A stretch of DNA of 64,000 nt, taken from positions 5,370-69,369 of the forward strand of contig JBDSHF010000028.1 in NCBI GenBank assembly GCA_039918595.1, read 5' to 3'. Shown one piece after another: positions 34,037-43,263 of the stretch. The position numbers and the translations under genes were made by a program. Within the stretch, counting starts at the first letter, position 1; every line of letters starts with the position of its first letter. Under the pieces are notes generated by a model. The model made no database searches and was not told where the DNA came from. It was given only the letters and a program-made list of their open reading frames with translations. This DNA comes from Thermoanaerobaculia bacterium (GTDB lineage Bacteria > Acidobacteriota > Thermoanaerobaculia > Multivoradales > UBA5704).

Positions 34037-34837
34037 CTATAACTCCGCCGTATGGCCCCGCCGCCGCACCTCGAACAGCACCAGCGCCGCCGCCACCGTC
34101 GCGTTGAGCGACTCCACCGCCGCCGCCATCGGGATCGTCAAGCGCAGGCCGGCGCGATCGAGGAGGGCGGGGGAGAGGCCCGGGCCCTCGGCGCCCACGG
34201 CGAGGACCAGGGTACCCGCGAGTGGGGCGTGATAAAGATCCTCGCCGTCGCGGGGGACGAGGGCGGCCCAGCGCGGGTGGGCGGCGGCGAGATGGGCGTC
34301 CAAGGCTTCGGGCTCGACGCCCACCGCCACCGGCAGGCGCAGGAGGCTGCCGGCCGAGGCGCGGAGGGCGCGGGGGTGGTTCGGGTGGACGCAGCCGGGG
34401 GAGAGAGCGAGGCCCGCGGCGCCGGCCGCCTCGGCCACGCGGGCGAGAGCGCCGAGGTTGCCCGGGTCCTGGAGGCCATCCAGATAAAGGTAGGGGCGGT
34501 CCGTCTCGACCGGCAGGGACGCGACCCCGGAGCGGGGGAGGAGAGCCACGGCGAGGAGGCCGCGAGGGGAGTCGGCGTCGGTCAGCTCGTCCAGGACCTC
34601 GGGGCTCACCTCCAGCGGCGACCCCGCCAGCCCCGGCAGCCTCGACAGCAGATGGGCGAGCCGCCGCCCTTCGGGGGTGTCCAGGAAGCCGGGGGTCGCC
34701 AGCACCTCCTCGAGAACGAGACCCGCCGCCAGGGCTTCCGCGACGAGATGAGGCCCCTCGAGCAAGGCGCGGTCGCCTTTACTTCGCCGGAGCCGCCGAA
34801 TATCCTTGACCCTTTGGTTGTGACGACTGGAGATCAT
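34037..34837 (-). CDS. TrmH/SpoU-family RNA methyltransferase
   Basis: Start at MISSRHNQRVKDIRRL (ATG at 34837). LQDPGNLGALARVAEAAG, IPMAAAVESLNATVAAALVLFE. Confidence 0.75.
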   Translation of the reverse strand: MISSRHNQRVKDIRRLRRSKGDRALLEGPHLVAEALAAGLVLEEVLATPGFLDTPEGRRLAHLLSRLPGLAGSPLEVSPEVLDELTDADSPRGLLAVALLPRSGVASLPVETDRPYLYLDGLQDPGNLGALARVAEAAGAAGLALSPGCVHPNHPRALRASAGSLLRLPVAVGVEPEALDAHLAAAHPRWAALVPRDGEDLYHAPLAGTLVLAVGAEGPGLSPALLDRAGLRLTIPMAAAVESLNATVAAALVLFEVRRRGHTAEL

Positions 34838-35429
34838 GAGCACGGATCTTAAGAACTTCTGGCAAAGGCTCCAAGCGGGCGTCGAGGTGGCGGTGGCGGG
34901 CCACGCTTCGGACAAGCTTCTCGGGGTGCGCGACGGCTTCCTCCGCTTCTTCCACGACGGCATGGACCGCACGCTGTCGGTCGTCGTGGTGCCGCAGTCG
35001 GTGGAGGAGGAGCCGGTGGGTCTCCTGGTATCGGACGAAGAGGTGGTGCGCGAGGCCCGCAAGAAGGCGATCGGGCTCGAGGAGAGGCTGCGCGACACCT
35101 ACCATTTCTACATCTCCAGCGAGGGGGGCATCGAGTCTCTCGAGGTGGATGGCGGCCAACGTTACTTCGTACGCAACTGGACCGTCCTGCGCAGCCCACT
35201 GGGCGAGGCCTGGGGTTCCAGCGGCGCGGTGCAGCTACCGGATCGCCTGGTGTCAGGGCTCGACAGCGCCCAGATCCCCTTCGCCGTGCCGGGTACCCGG
35301 CGCAGCGGCGGCATCATGAGCTCGCTCACCGGCGGGCTGGAGACACGGCGCAAAAACATCGCCCTGTCCACCTTCCACGCGTTGTCGACACTCTTCTATG
35401 GGGTCCTGGAGAGCCGTCCCATCCGTTGA
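34836..35429 (+). CDS. DUF84/YjjX-like non-canonical NTP phosphatase (tentative)
   Basis: Length and layout fit, with weak motif resemblance. Its start codon overlaps the divergent trmH-like start. Confidence 0.45.
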   Translation: MSTDLKNFWQRLQAGVEVAVAGHASDKLLGVRDGFLRFFHDGMDRTLSVVVVPQSVEEEPVGLLVSDEEVVREARKKAIGLEERLRDTYHFYISSEGGIESLEVDGGQRYFVRNWTVLRSPLGEAWGSSGAVQLPDRLVSGLDSAQIPFAVPGTRRSGGIMSSLTGGLETRRKNIALSTFHALSTLFYGVLESRPIR

Positions 35430-35527
35430 TGCCGGGTCGACGCGCGCGTTTGACCCATTTTTCACCAGTTGGTAGCATTCACGACAAGCCCCGTGTCTGA
35501 TCCGAACGTCACGCTAGAGGTGCGAAC

Positions 35528-36706
35528 ATGAGCGAACGAGATATCCACCTGTTCACGTCGGAGTCCGTGACCGAAGGTCATCCGGACAAAGTGGCCGACC
35601 AGATTTCCGATGCCGTCCTCGACGAGGTCCTGCGCCAGGATCCGCGAGGCCGTGTGGCGTGCGAGACCCTGGTGACCACCGGCACGGTCTTCCTCGCCGG
35701 CGAGATCACCACCAACGCCTACGTCGATTTTCCCGGTGTCGCCCGGCGGGTGGTGCGTGAGATCGGCTACACCCGGGCCGAGTTCGGCTTCGACTACGCC
35801 ACCTGCGGCGTGCTGTCGGCGATCGACCCGCAGTCGCCCGACATTGCCCAGGGGGTGGACACCGGCGGTGCCGGCGACCAGGGGCTGATGTTCGGCTTCG
35901 CCTGCCGCGAGACGCCCGAGCTGATGCCGCTGCCGATCGCCCTCGCCCACAAGCTGACCAACCGTCTCGCCAAGGCGCGCAAGTCGGGCGCCCTCCCCTG
36001 GCTGCGGCCGGACGGCAAGAGCCAGGTGACCATCGAGTACGAGGGGACCCTCCCGGTGCGGGCGCACACGGTGGTCATCTCGACGCAGCACGATCCCGAG
36101 GTCTCCAACGAGCAGATCCGCGACGAGGTGATCGAGCAGGTCATCAAGGTCGAGGTCCCGGCGGAGCTCCTGGACGAGCGGACGATCTACCACATCAATC
36201 CGACCGGCCGGTTCGTGATCGGCGGTCCGCAGGGGGACTGCGGCCTGACCGGCCGCAAGATCATCGTCGACACCTACGGCGGCTACGGCCGGCACGGTGG
36301 CGGTGCCTTCTCGGGGAAGGATCCGACAAAAGTCGACCGCTCGGCCTGCTACATGGCCCGGCACGTCGCCAAGAATCTGGTGGAGGCCGGGATCGCCGAG
36401 CGCGTCGAGGTGCAGCTCGCCTATGCGATCGGCGTCGTCGAGCCGGTGTCGATCCGGGTGGACTCCTTCGGCACGGGGGTGATCGGCGACCGCCAGATCG
36501 AGCGCCTGGTGCGCGAGCACTTCCCGCTTTCGCCGCGGGGCATCATCGAGGACCTCGACCTGCGCCGCCCGATCTACCAGCAGACGGCGGCCTATGGCCA
36601 CTTCGGCCGCAGCGGCAAGGACTTCCCCTGGGAGAGCACCCACCGGGCGGCCGACCTGCGCGCCGCGGCCGGTCTCGAAGGGGTCCCGCTGGCCGTTTCC
36701 GCCTGA
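35528..36706 (+). CDS. metK: S-adenosylmethionine synthetase
   Basis: [52 protein letters not shown]. Confidence 0.95.
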   Translation: MSERDIHLFTSESVTEGHPDKVADQISDAVLDEVLRQDPRGRVACETLVTTGTVFLAGEITTNAYVDFPGVARRVVREIGYTRAEFGFDYATCGVLSAIDPQSPDIAQGVDTGGAGDQGLMFGFACRETPELMPLPIALAHKLTNRLAKARKSGALPWLRPDGKSQVTIEYEGTLPVRAHTVVISTQHDPEVSNEQIRDEVIEQVIKVEVPAELLDERTIYHINPTGRFVIGGPQGDCGLTGRKIIVDTYGGYGRHGGGAFSGKDPTKVDRSACYMARHVAKNLVEAGIAERVEVQLAYAIGVVEPVSIRVDSFGTGVIGDRQIERLVREHFPLSPRGIIEDLDLRRPIYQQTAAYGHFGRSGKDFPWESTHRAADLRAAAGLEGVPLAVSA

Positions 36707-36748
36707 CCTGGGCCGGCATTCGCGTCCCATTCCGGCACCGGTTTGTGA

Positions 36749-36779
36749 CGGCGGCCTCGCGGGGCCGCCGTTTCGTTTT
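36749..36779 (+). terminator. intrinsic terminator after metK
   Basis: CGGCGGCC, loop TCGCGG, GGCCGCCG, followed by TTTCGTTTT. Confidence 0.65.
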
Positions 36780-36901
36780 CGCATCCTGATCGCCGTCCGG
36801 ATCGGGAGTCCTTTCCGGGACCCGATAGATTCCCGGTCCACTATGGACAGTGGGCGAACGGGGTGTTAGCCTAGCGGCTGTCGACGGCAAACAACGTGGC
36901 T

Positions 36902-37447
36902 ATGGCAACTCTTGACCATCCTGAACTGCGGGAATCGCTCAACATTCTGCTGAAGAGCTCCAGGCCACGCCTGGAGCGCGTTCTCAGGAACTTCGAGATT
37001 CCACCCGAAGACGCCGAGGACATTCTGCAGGATGCGCAACTGACTCTGCTCTACAAGTGGGACAAGATCCGCAGTCCCGAGAGCTGGTTGATCGGGACGG
37101 TCAAGAAGAAGTGCATCATGTACTGGCGCAAGCGCCGGGGGAGCCTCTGCGAGGCTGTGGATACGGCCATCCTCGACCTGCTCGCCGTCCCCCAGGCACC
37201 GGATCAGGAAAAGACCGAGCTGACGTACGACCTCAACCGGGTGATGTTGCGCCTGTCGACCCGCTGCCGCTCGCTGCTCAATTTGCGCTACGGTCTCGGC
37301 TACGGCCCGACCGAGGTCGCGGAGCAGATGGGCTACCGCACATCCAGCATCCGCAAGGTCACCAATCGCTGTCTCGCGGCTCTCACCCGGCAGCTCCTGG
37401 CGGTCGGGTTCGATCAGGAGCCGCAGGGGGAGCCCCACGATGAATAA
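36902..37447 (+). CDS. ECF-like sigma-70 family factor, paralog S1
   Basis: PEDAEDILQDAQLTLLYKW (region 2) and RCRSLLNLRYGLGYGPTEVAEQMGY...VTNRCLAALTRQL (region 4). Alternative GTG start at 36896. Confidence 0.75.
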   Translation: MATLDHPELRESLNILLKSSRPRLERVLRNFEIPPEDAEDILQDAQLTLLYKWDKIRSPESWLIGTVKKKCIMYWRKRRGSLCEAVDTAILDLLAVPQAPDQEKTELTYDLNRVMLRLSTRCRSLLNLRYGLGYGPTEVAEQMGYRTSSIRKVTNRCLAALTRQLLAVGFDQEPQGEPHDE

Positions 37448-38834
37448 GCACCCGCATCCGACGCTGCTCGCGCGGTTCGGCCGCGGCCGGCTGCAGCGCC
37501 ACCGGAACCGTGAGGTCGTACGGCACCTCCTCACCGACTGCGACGACTGCCGTCGCGTCACCTCCCATCTCCTTCCCACGGCTGATGTGTCGGCTCGCCT
37601 GGAGGAGGAGAGCGCTCCTCTGTCCGTCGACATGCCGGGCGCCGCCCAAGGTGATATGCCGGCGATCGAGTACGGCTCGGCCTTCGAGCGTTCCTGGCGC
37701 GAGGTCAAGCGGCTGCAGATCACCCTGGCGGCCGAGCGTTCGGAGGCTTTCGAGCTGATGCGCGAGCTGCTGACCCAGCCGTTCGAGCGCCAGTGGGAGA
37801 GCGTGACCGACGCCTCGCGGCAACCCACCTGGGCTTTTTGCGATCTGCTTCTGGATACCGCCCGGGAATGGGGCTTCCAGGAGCCGGGCCGGGCGCTGGA
37901 GCTGTCGCGGCTCGGCGTCGAGGTGGCGCAACGCCTCGATGGAGCGGCCTATGGCGAGTCGCGCGTCCACGACCTCGTCGCGCGCGCCTGGGCGGGCCTG
38001 GGCAACGCGCAGCGCATCCGGTCGGACTTTCCCGCAGCGGAGAAGAGCTTCGCCCGCGCCGAGCGGCTGCTCAAGAACGGCACCGGCGACCCGGTGGAGA
38101 AGGCCCAGGTGCTCCTGCTCAAGGCCTCGTTGCGCGGCAATCAGCAGCGCTTCCGCGAAGCCTTTCTGCTACTCGATCGGGTGATGTCGCTCGGCGACCA
38201 GTGCGACGATTCGCACCTGTGCGGCAAGGCGCTGATCATGCGCGGCTTCTTCCTCGGGCTCGCCAACGACCCGGAGGCCGCCATCCGTCATCTGACGGAA
38301 GGGCTGGAGAAGGTCGATCCCGCGGCCGATCCGCGCTTGGTGATCGTGGCTCAGCACAACCTGACCCTGTACCTGGCCGAGGGGGGCCGGTACTGCGAGG
38401 CCGTGCGGCTGCTCGAGAGCGCACGGCCGCTCTATTATCAGATCGGCGACCAGATGAGTCTCCTGCGCCTGCGCTGGCTGGAGGGGAAGATCGCCAGCGC
38501 CCTGGGGCACTTCACGGAAGCGGAGGAGTTCCTGCGCGGCGTGCAGAAAGAGCTGATCGAGCGCGAGCTCGGCTACGACGCCGCCCTGCTCTCCCTGGAT
38601 CTGGCCACCATCTACGCCCGCCAGGGACGGAGCGCCGAGATGCGGCGCCTGGCCGAGGAGATGCTCCCCATCTTCAAGTCGCAGGATATCCATCGGGAGG
38701 CCATCGCCGCGCTGTTCGTCTTCCAGAAGGCGGCGGAGATGGAGCGCGTCACCCTGGGGCTGATCCGGGACGTGACCGGCTATCTCAAAGAATCCCGCGC
38801 CACCTGGAGCCTCCGCTCCAGGGAATCCCGCTGA
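37440..38834 (+). CDS. cytoplasmic anti-sigma-like TPR protein, paralog P3
   Basis: 8-nt overlap with S1. HLLTDCDDC. LRLRWLEGKIASALG, GYDAALLSLDLATIYARQGR, EMLPIFKSQDIHREAIAAL. No TM segment. Confidence 0.75.
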   Translation: MNKHPHPTLLARFGRGRLQRHRNREVVRHLLTDCDDCRRVTSHLLPTADVSARLEEESAPLSVDMPGAAQGDMPAIEYGSAFERSWREVKRLQITLAAERSEAFELMRELLTQPFERQWESVTDASRQPTWAFCDLLLDTAREWGFQEPGRALELSRLGVEVAQRLDGAAYGESRVHDLVARAWAGLGNAQRIRSDFPAAEKSFARAERLLKNGTGDPVEKAQVLLLKASLRGNQQRFREAFLLLDRVMSLGDQCDDSHLCGKALIMRGFFLGLANDPEAAIRHLTEGLEKVDPAADPRLVIVAQHNLTLYLAEGGRYCEAVRLLESARPLYYQIGDQMSLLRLRWLEGKIASALGHFTEAEEFLRGVQKELIERELGYDAALLSLDLATIYARQGRSAEMRRLAEEMLPIFKSQDIHREAIAALFVFQKAAEMERVTLGLIRDVTGYLKESRATWSLRSRESR

Positions 38835-38852
38835 GATCCTCTTCCTTCGCTC

Positions 38853-38871
38853 GGGAGGCGCGGAGCCTCCC
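38853..38871 (+). terminator. hairpin after P3
   Basis: GGGAGGC, loop GCGGA, GCCTCCC, then a C/T-rich tract. Confidence 0.35.
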
Positions 38872-38950
38872 CTCATCGATCTTCTCCCGCCGCTGGACAA
38901 GCTGTGGAAGGGGCTGATACGCTGAGATATTCGGTACACTTAGGCACTAG

Positions 38951-39478
38951 ATGAATTCTTCGGTCCCACCCGATCTGGCGGAGCCTTCCTTCGAGGAGAT
39001 CCTCGCGCGGGCCGAGCCCAGGCTCAAGCGGGTCTTGAGCCGCTATCAAATTCCCGCCCAGGACGCCGACGACCTGCTGCAGGAGACCTTCCTGATCATG
39101 GTCTCCAAAGCGGGGAGCATCCGGAACTACGATGCCTGGCTCGTGGGGACCCTCGCTAATCGCTGCATCATCTACTGGCGGAAGCACCGTTCGAAGCTCT
39201 GGGACCTGGTCGACTCCGCCATTCTCGAGCTGCTGGCCGACGTCGAGGCTCCCCCCCAGGAGAACGCCGATCTGCGGTATGACCTCGACTCCCTGCTTTC
39301 CAACTTGCCGGACCGTTGCCGCTCCCTGCTCCGCCTTCGCTATGGATTCGGCTGCAGCACTGCCGAGACGGCGGAGCGGATGGGCTATTGCAAGTCGAGC
39401 ATCCGGAAGGTGACCCGCCGCTGCCTGGCGGCGTTGACCGAGCAGCTCCTCGGGGCCGGCTTCCAGCCCGATCCCTGA
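38951..39478 (+). CDS. ECF-like sigma-70 family factor, paralog S2
   Basis: AQDADDLLQETFLIMV and RCRSLLRLRYGFGCSTAETAERMGY...VTRRCLAALTEQL. Confidence 0.75.
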   Translation: MNSSVPPDLAEPSFEEILARAEPRLKRVLSRYQIPAQDADDLLQETFLIMVSKAGSIRNYDAWLVGTLANRCIIYWRKHRSKLWDLVDSAILELLADVEAPPQENADLRYDLDSLLSNLPDRCRSLLRLRYGFGCSTAETAERMGYCKSSIRKVTRRCLAALTEQLLGAGFQPDP

Positions 39479-39499
39479 CCCCCGATCCCCTCAGCCGGT

Positions 39500-39545
39500 C
39501 CCTCCGGATGCCGTGCGGCATCCGGAGGGAACCCGTTCTTCTTCT
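39500..39545 (+). terminator. strong hairpin terminator after S2
   Basis: 13-bp perfect stem CCCTCCGGATGCC (39500-12) pairing with GGCATCCGGAGGG (39517-29), then a T-rich tract. Confidence 0.6.
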
Positions 39546-39644
39546 CCTGTGTCCTCTGAGACGACCCTGCGGTAACTCTACTTCAGAGCGCACACATGCC
39601 TATGGCTATTCGGCCACACAGGCGATTAGGAAAAGGAGATCGTC

Positions 39645-39866
39645 ATGGTTCATCCGAAGCTTCGCCACGTCCTCGCCGCCTCGGCACTGGTAGCTGCCGT
39701 TTCGCTGGTCCCGGTCGCCAGCGCCAATGCCGCCGTCCACGAACGGGCGCACCGGATCTCCGCCGCCGCTTCCCGGGTCGAGGCCGGGGCTTCGTGGCTG
39801 CGGGATCTGGTGAACCATGTCCTGGTGAAGGTCGGAGTGAGGATCGACCCCGACGGAGATCACTGA
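39645..39866 (+). CDS. small secreted pro-peptide, family member 3 (IDPDG near the C-terminus)
   Basis: AAAGGAG RBS. Signal peptide ..LVAAVSLVPVASANA|A. Helix ASWLRDLVNHVLVKV. GVRIDPDGDH-stop (39843-39857). Confidence 0.65.
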   Translation: MVHPKLRHVLAASALVAAVSLVPVASANAAVHERAHRISAAASRVEAGASWLRDLVNHVLVKVGVRIDPDGDH

Positions 39867-39980
39867 CGCCCACGGCGAGGTACGGCAAAAACGCGCGGCG
39901 GGAAGGGTTTTTGGCTGGACACTGTTCCGGTATGGTGTTAGTGTGTCACGAAGTTTAGAATAGACGTTCAACCGCATAAG

Positions 39981-40511
39981 ATGAGTGCACTGGACCACCC
40001 CCAAGTCGAGTCGTCGCTTGAGGGCTTTCTCGAGAAGGTCCGGCCCCGTCTGAAGTCGCTGTTCGCCCACTACCGGATCCCGCCACAGGACACGGAGGAC
40101 ATTTTGCAGCAGGCGCTGCTGGCCCTGATCTATCACCGCGAGGGGATCCGGGACTCGGAAGCGTGGCTGCTGGGAACCCTCCGCAACAAGTGTCTCCTGT
40201 ACTGGCGGGAGCGGCGGCGCAAGCTCTATGACGCCGTCGACGCCGCGGTTCTCGAGGCGATGGCCGAGCCGATCGAGCCCGCCCAGGAGGGGGCGGACCT
40301 CCATCGGGATCTGACCACCGCTCTCGAGCACCTGCCGGAGCGCTGCCGGTCGTTGCTCTGGCTGCGGTACCGCCAGGGGTACGATCCGCCGGAGGTTGCG
40401 GTGCGGCTGGGCTACAGCCCGGCGAGCATCAGCAAGGTCACCACGAGGTGCCTCGCCGCGCTGACGCGGCAGCTGGTCACCGCTGGGATCTACCGGAGGA
40501 AAGCGGAATGA
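39981..40511 (+). CDS. ECF-like sigma-70 family factor, paralog S3
   Basis: PQDTEDILQQALLALIYH and RCRSLLWLRYRQGYDPPEVAVRLGY...VTTRCLAALTRQL. Confidence 0.75.
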   Translation: MSALDHPQVESSLEGFLEKVRPRLKSLFAHYRIPPQDTEDILQQALLALIYHREGIRDSEAWLLGTLRNKCLLYWRERRRKLYDAVDAAVLEAMAEPIEPAQEGADLHRDLTTALEHLPERCRSLLWLRYRQGYDPPEVAVRLGYSPASISKVTTRCLAALTRQLVTAGIYRRKAE

Positions 40512-41887
40512 CCGGCCCTCATCCGACAGCCGGCGCGCTCGAGCAGTTCGTGCTCGGGCAGCTCGCCCCGGCGGAGATGCGCGAGGTCGCCCGTCACCTG
40601 CTCACCGGCTGCCTGTTCTGCCAGGAGATCACCGCCAACCTCTGGGAGCCCGCCGATATCTTCGAGGACCCGCAGACGCTCGCCACGGTTGAGCTCGGGG
40701 CCATGGACGCCCGGGACAGCTACGACGCGATCCTCGACCGGGTTTTCGAGAAGGTCGTCGCCACCGAGTCCCTGCTTGCGGAGCAGCGATCGCTGGGGCG
40801 CAAGCTCTACGAGGAGCTGCTGCAGTGTCCGGCGGAGCGCCGGCAGTTGCTGCTGGTCAACAGCCAGCGCTTCCGCAACCGGATGCTCTGCGAGCGGCTC
40901 GTCGAGAGCAGCTACGAGGCCTGCTTCGAGGAACCCCGCCGCGCGATCGAGATGGCCCAGCTGGCGGTTTCGTCCGCGGACCGTCTGACCGTGGAGGATT
41001 GCGGTGGGGAAGAGGCGCTCGCCGGGCTGCGAGCCCGGGCCTGGGCCCATCTCGGCAACGCTTTCCGGACCAACTTCGACCTCGCGAGCTCCGAGGGCGC
41101 GTTCGCGGTCGTCGAGACCCTGCTCGACGAGAGCCGCATCACCCTGTTCGAGAAGGCGAAGGTGCTCTCCTTTCTGGCCTCCTGGCGAAAGGCGCAGCAG
41201 CGGTTCGGCGAGGCCCTCCAGATCTTCGACCGCGTCGCCGCGATCTACAAGAAGCTTGGGCAGTGGAACCTCCTCGGCCGTACGCTCCTCCAGAAGGCGC
41301 TGGTCTGCGGCGAAGCGGGCGACGGCGAGGGGGAAATGACGCTGCTGCGGCGGGCCCTCGATCTGATCGATCCGCAGGCCGATCCCCGCGTCTTCCTGGC
41401 CGCCCGTCACAACCTGATCAACGCCCTCTATGAGAGCGGCCGGGTGCGCGAGGCGTTCGCCTTGCTGTACCACACGCGCCCTCTCTACCTGAAGGCTGGC
41501 GACCGCATGAACCTGCTGAAGCTCCGCTGGCTCGAGGGGCTGGTGGCTTTCGGCCTGCACCGTATCGAGCAGGCCGAGGCGGCGTTCCGCGAGGTCCGCG
41601 ATTCTTTTCTCGAGCTCGGCCTCGACTATGACGCCGCGCTGGCCTCCCTCGACCTTGCCGGCGTGTACATCGTGCAGGGGCGCTCCGCCGACGTGAGCCG
41701 CGTCGCCGAGGAGACCCTGGCGATCTTCCACTCCTATAACACCCACCGCGAGGCGATGGCGGCGCTCCTGGTCTTCTGCGGCACCGCCCGCTTGAATCAG
41801 GCGCGCATCGAGCTCGTCCGCGAGGTCTCCAGTTTTCTCAAACGGGTGCGCAACAACCCGGATCTCCGCTTCCCTCAGCCTTCCTGA
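40508..41887 (+). CDS. cytoplasmic anti-sigma-like TPR protein, paralog P4
   Basis: ATGA overlap with the S3 stop. HLLTGCLFC. LKLRWLEGLVAFGL, DYDAALASLDLAGVYIVQGR, THREAMAALLVF. Confidence 0.75.
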   Translation: MTGPHPTAGALEQFVLGQLAPAEMREVARHLLTGCLFCQEITANLWEPADIFEDPQTLATVELGAMDARDSYDAILDRVFEKVVATESLLAEQRSLGRKLYEELLQCPAERRQLLLVNSQRFRNRMLCERLVESSYEACFEEPRRAIEMAQLAVSSADRLTVEDCGGEEALAGLRARAWAHLGNAFRTNFDLASSEGAFAVVETLLDESRITLFEKAKVLSFLASWRKAQQRFGEALQIFDRVAAIYKKLGQWNLLGRTLLQKALVCGEAGDGEGEMTLLRRALDLIDPQADPRVFLAARHNLINALYESGRVREAFALLYHTRPLYLKAGDRMNLLKLRWLEGLVAFGLHRIEQAEAAFREVRDSFLELGLDYDAALASLDLAGVYIVQGRSADVSRVAEETLAIFHSYNTHREAMAALLVFCGTARLNQARIELVREVSSFLKRVRNNPDLRFPQPS

Positions 41888-41936
41888 GCTGCCCGTCCGG
41901 CAGCGCGTGTCGTTTTGTTGCGGCCGTTCTGCTAAA

Positions 41937-43247
41937 ATGTTGTCAGTGCATAATTCTGACGAGCACTCACGATTTCTGCGGGGTGAGCTGAACACCGGAG
42001 AGAACCGCCGGGTCGTTCGCCATTTGCTGGCCCGGCGGGGGAGCCGGCAGCCGCCCTCGGGCGCATGCTCGGCGGCGGCCGATTACAGCCAGGCGTTCGG
42101 CGGCCTCGTCTCCCATCTGGCGGATCACACCCGGACGCTCGCGCGCGAGCGACAGCGTCTCCCCGGGTTGATTGAACTCCTGCGCGACCTGCCGCCCTCC
42201 GCTTGGCACGACCTTTTAGGCTCCGATCCGTCGTTCCACAACTGGCCGTTCGGCGAGTGGCTGATCGAGGAGAGCCGTAATCTCGCCGACTCCGATCCGG
42301 GCCGCGCCGGAGAGCTGGCGACCGACGCCCTGCTGATCATGGAGGCGCTGATCCCCGGAACCTATGGGACCGCTCTCATCGAAGACTTCAAGGCACGGGC
42401 GTGGGCGGCCAGGGGCGAGGCGCTACGGCGGCTCTCCGACTTGCGCGGGGCCGAGGATGCATTCGCCAGCGCCGAAGAGTGCCTCCTCGAGGGGACGGAA
42501 GATCCCCTGGAAGAGGCTCGGATTCTCGAGCTCAAGGCGGCGCTATATCGCGATCAGCGGCGGGTGGAGAAGGCGCATCTCCTGCTCGACGACGTCATCG
42601 CCATCTACCGGCAGTACCGCGATCCCCATCTCCTGGGCCGGGCTTTCATTCAGAAGGGGCGTGTCGAGGGAAAAGTGAACGCCCTGGAGCCGGCGATCCG
42701 GTGGCTGCGCAAGGGGCTCGGACTGATCGATCCGGCGCGCGAGCGGTCCCTCGACCTCTCGGCCCGGCACAGCCTCATGCTCTACCTGAACGAGAGCGGC
42801 CGCCCCCGGGAGGCCCGCTTCCTGCTCAAGGCTTCGGGACTCGATTTCCTGCGGCACGGCAACCCCCTGCTGAACCTCCGGCTCCGCTGGCTCGAAGGCA
42901 AGATCTACGACTCCCTCGGCTTCCTGGGAGAAGCGGAGAAGGCGCTGATCGACGCCCGCCAGGGGTTCGCCGACCTCGGGGTCGGCTTCAGCGCCGCCGC
43001 CGTCTCCCTGGACCTCGCCGGCCTCTACGCGGTCCATGGACGCGCCGCGGAGCTGAGGAGCCTTGCCGAAGAGATGCTGCCGATCTTCCAGTCGCGCGAC
43101 CTTCAGCAGGAGACGATCGCCGCCCTCCTGGCGTTCCAGCAGGCGGCGCGGATGGAGAGGATGATTGAGACGAAGATAAACGCCGAGATCCTGGCCTGTC
43201 TCGACCGCGCCCGCCAGGATCCGAAGCTTCGCCTCGAGCCCCTCTGA
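41937..43247 (+). CDS. TPR protein, paralog P5 (ZAS-like cysteines lost)
   Basis: ATG at 41937 gives an N-terminus collinear with P3/P4 (..RRVVRHLLARRGS). LNLRLRWLEGKIYDSLG, EMLPIFQSRDLQQETIAALLAFQQAA. Confidence 0.7.
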   Translation: MLSVHNSDEHSRFLRGELNTGENRRVVRHLLARRGSRQPPSGACSAAADYSQAFGGLVSHLADHTRTLARERQRLPGLIELLRDLPPSAWHDLLGSDPSFHNWPFGEWLIEESRNLADSDPGRAGELATDALLIMEALIPGTYGTALIEDFKARAWAARGEALRRLSDLRGAEDAFASAEECLLEGTEDPLEEARILELKAALYRDQRRVEKAHLLLDDVIAIYRQYRDPHLLGRAFIQKGRVEGKVNALEPAIRWLRKGLGLIDPARERSLDLSARHSLMLYLNESGRPREARFLLKASGLDFLRHGNPLLNLRLRWLEGKIYDSLGFLGEAEKALIDARQGFADLGVGFSAAAVSLDLAGLYAVHGRAAELRSLAEEMLPIFQSRDLQQETIAALLAFQQAARMERMIETKINAEILACLDRARQDPKLRLEPL

Positions 43248-43263
43248 ATCCGCCGCTTCCGCC

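Noticed and set aside
35430-35527. Possible SAM riboswitch in the metK leader.
   Set aside because: The leader is less than 100 nt. I could not find the conserved SAM-I/SAM-II core sequences or a terminator/antiterminator pair. A covariance-model scan would be needed to be sure.
36861-36877. Two shared short motifs. GGTGTTAG occurs upstream of sigma genes S1 (36861) and S3 (39934) and at 12683. The 11-mer TAGCCTAGCGG is shared between 36867-36877 and 17573-17583, upstream of ATPase A. Either could be an ECF promoter element linking island and host.
   Set aside because: Spacing to -10-like elements and to the start codons is inconsistent between copies. An 8-mer or 11-mer match in 64 kb read on both strands may be chance. 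TSS data or a motif-enrichment test is needed.
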